From Patescibacteria group bacterium (GTDB lineage: Bacteria > Patescibacteriota > Patescibacteriia > 2-01-FULL-39-33): DNA of 32,000 nucleotides. The translations under genes and the position numbers were made by a program. Shown piece by piece: positions 31,539-32,000 of this stretch. The notes beneath the pieces were generated by a model. That model searched no databases. It had not been told where the DNA came from and saw nothing but the letters and a program-made list of their open reading frames with translations. The stretch's first letter is position 1. Every line of letters starts with the position of its first letter. Location of the stretch: contig JBAZMW010000003.1 of the NCBI GenBank assembly GCA_041649575.1, positions 60,001 through 92,000 of the forward strand, read 5' to 3'.

Positions 31539-32000
31539 ATGATAGAACCTGTTGGTGTTATATTGTGCGGTATAGTGATCTTGGTCCTTGGGGTTGGGTG
31601 GAGTCTAATCTCAAGGAAGAGTCTGGAATTCTTCAGTTGCGTGACACTGGTGGTGCTGGCTGTCGGCCTGTACTTGTCAGTGTCCGATCACCAAATCCCC
31701 AAGACGTCATGGGGAGCCACCACGCCGGGCGCGATGATGCCCTACGACCAGAAACAAGCCACCGACGCGTTCGACGCATCGGCGAAGCAGGCACAAGGAG
31801 CTACAGGGTGTAGCGCCGGAGCAGAGCAAAGGACCGCTGTGACCGCACTGACCCGCGACGAAGAGACGGCGCTGGCCAGACAACGGAACGCAGCGGCCGC
31901 CCAAGAAAGCGGTGAAACAACCGCCGACAAGTGGCCGATGAAGGAGCTAGCCATCACTCCGCTGAGCAAGTGGTTTAACCAAAGGGAAAGCAAGGGGGGC
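31539..32000 (+). CDS. Membrane-anchored hypothetical protein, 3' end beyond the window (absent from the ORF track because it has no stop)
   Basis: AAGGAG RBS, ATG at 31539, and 154 codons open to the window edge. Two N-terminal hydrophobic helices (VGVILCGIVILVLGVGW, FFSCVTLVVLAVGLYL) are followed by an Ala/Gln/Thr-rich soluble region. Confidence 0.6.
   Translation, partial: MIEPVGVILCGIVILVLGVGWSLISRKSLEFFSCVTLVVLAVGLYLSVSDHQIPKTSWGATTPGAMMPYDQKQATDAFDASAKQAQGATGCSAGAEQRTAVTALTRDEETALARQRNAAAAQESGETTADKWPMKELAITPLSKWFNQRESKGG

Noticed and set aside
31034-31993. The 259-aa + ORF 31034-31813 and the minus ORFs 31031-31342, 31707-31904 and 31742-31993.
   Set aside because: These are Arg-rich alternative frames or antisense ORFs overlapping two ORFs that have good RBSs and clear transmembrane helices.

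Overview
This is a 32-kb bacterial segment. All housekeeping genes lie on the minus strand: a ClpB/ClpC-like AAA+ ATPase, fba, tpiA, an S11 carboxypeptidase, scpA/scpB, aspS, recO, ruvX, map, four tRNAs, and an rpmG gene too short for the ORF track. The small proteins, an AspRS lacking its insertion domain, a DUF5671-like membrane protein and a DGR suggest a reduced-genome Patescibacteria/CPR-like organism; this is inference only. Three compositional classes are visible by eye. (i) A very AT-rich accessory island (1 to about 8.7 kb) abuts tRNA-Trp. It carries a partial large serine recombinase, a DUF4411 (PIN-like) plus XRE-ImmA/IrrE pair, and an XRE-hsdM-hsdS-hsdR type I R-M operon. The hsdS central region contains a 3x 12-bp (ELEA) tandem repeat. 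(ii) A moderately AT-rich core. (iii) Four G+C-rich cassettes, each behind a perfect or near-perfect TTGACA-N17-TATAAT promoter: 9388-11505, 16683-17642, 28188-29074 and 31034 to beyond 32000. The best-supported special system is a complete diversity-generating retroelement (14705-17642). It has a DGR-type RT, a divergently oriented Avd-like four-helix-bundle gene, and a 108-nt TR/VR pair with 21 mismatches, 20 of them at TR adenines. Its target is a 242-aa G+C-rich gene. A C10/G10 homopolymer lies in the overlapping 5' ends of avd and the RT. Other observations: two of the G+C-rich cassettes share a paralogous promoter and 5' leader hairpin. One cassette encodes a 534-aa ORFan with a transglutaminase-like Cys-His-Asp pattern. 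Two copies of a G+C-rich palindromic MITE-like element sit in operon spacers. tRNA-like remnants lie upstream of both tRNA-Thr genes. No rRNA or CRISPR array was seen.
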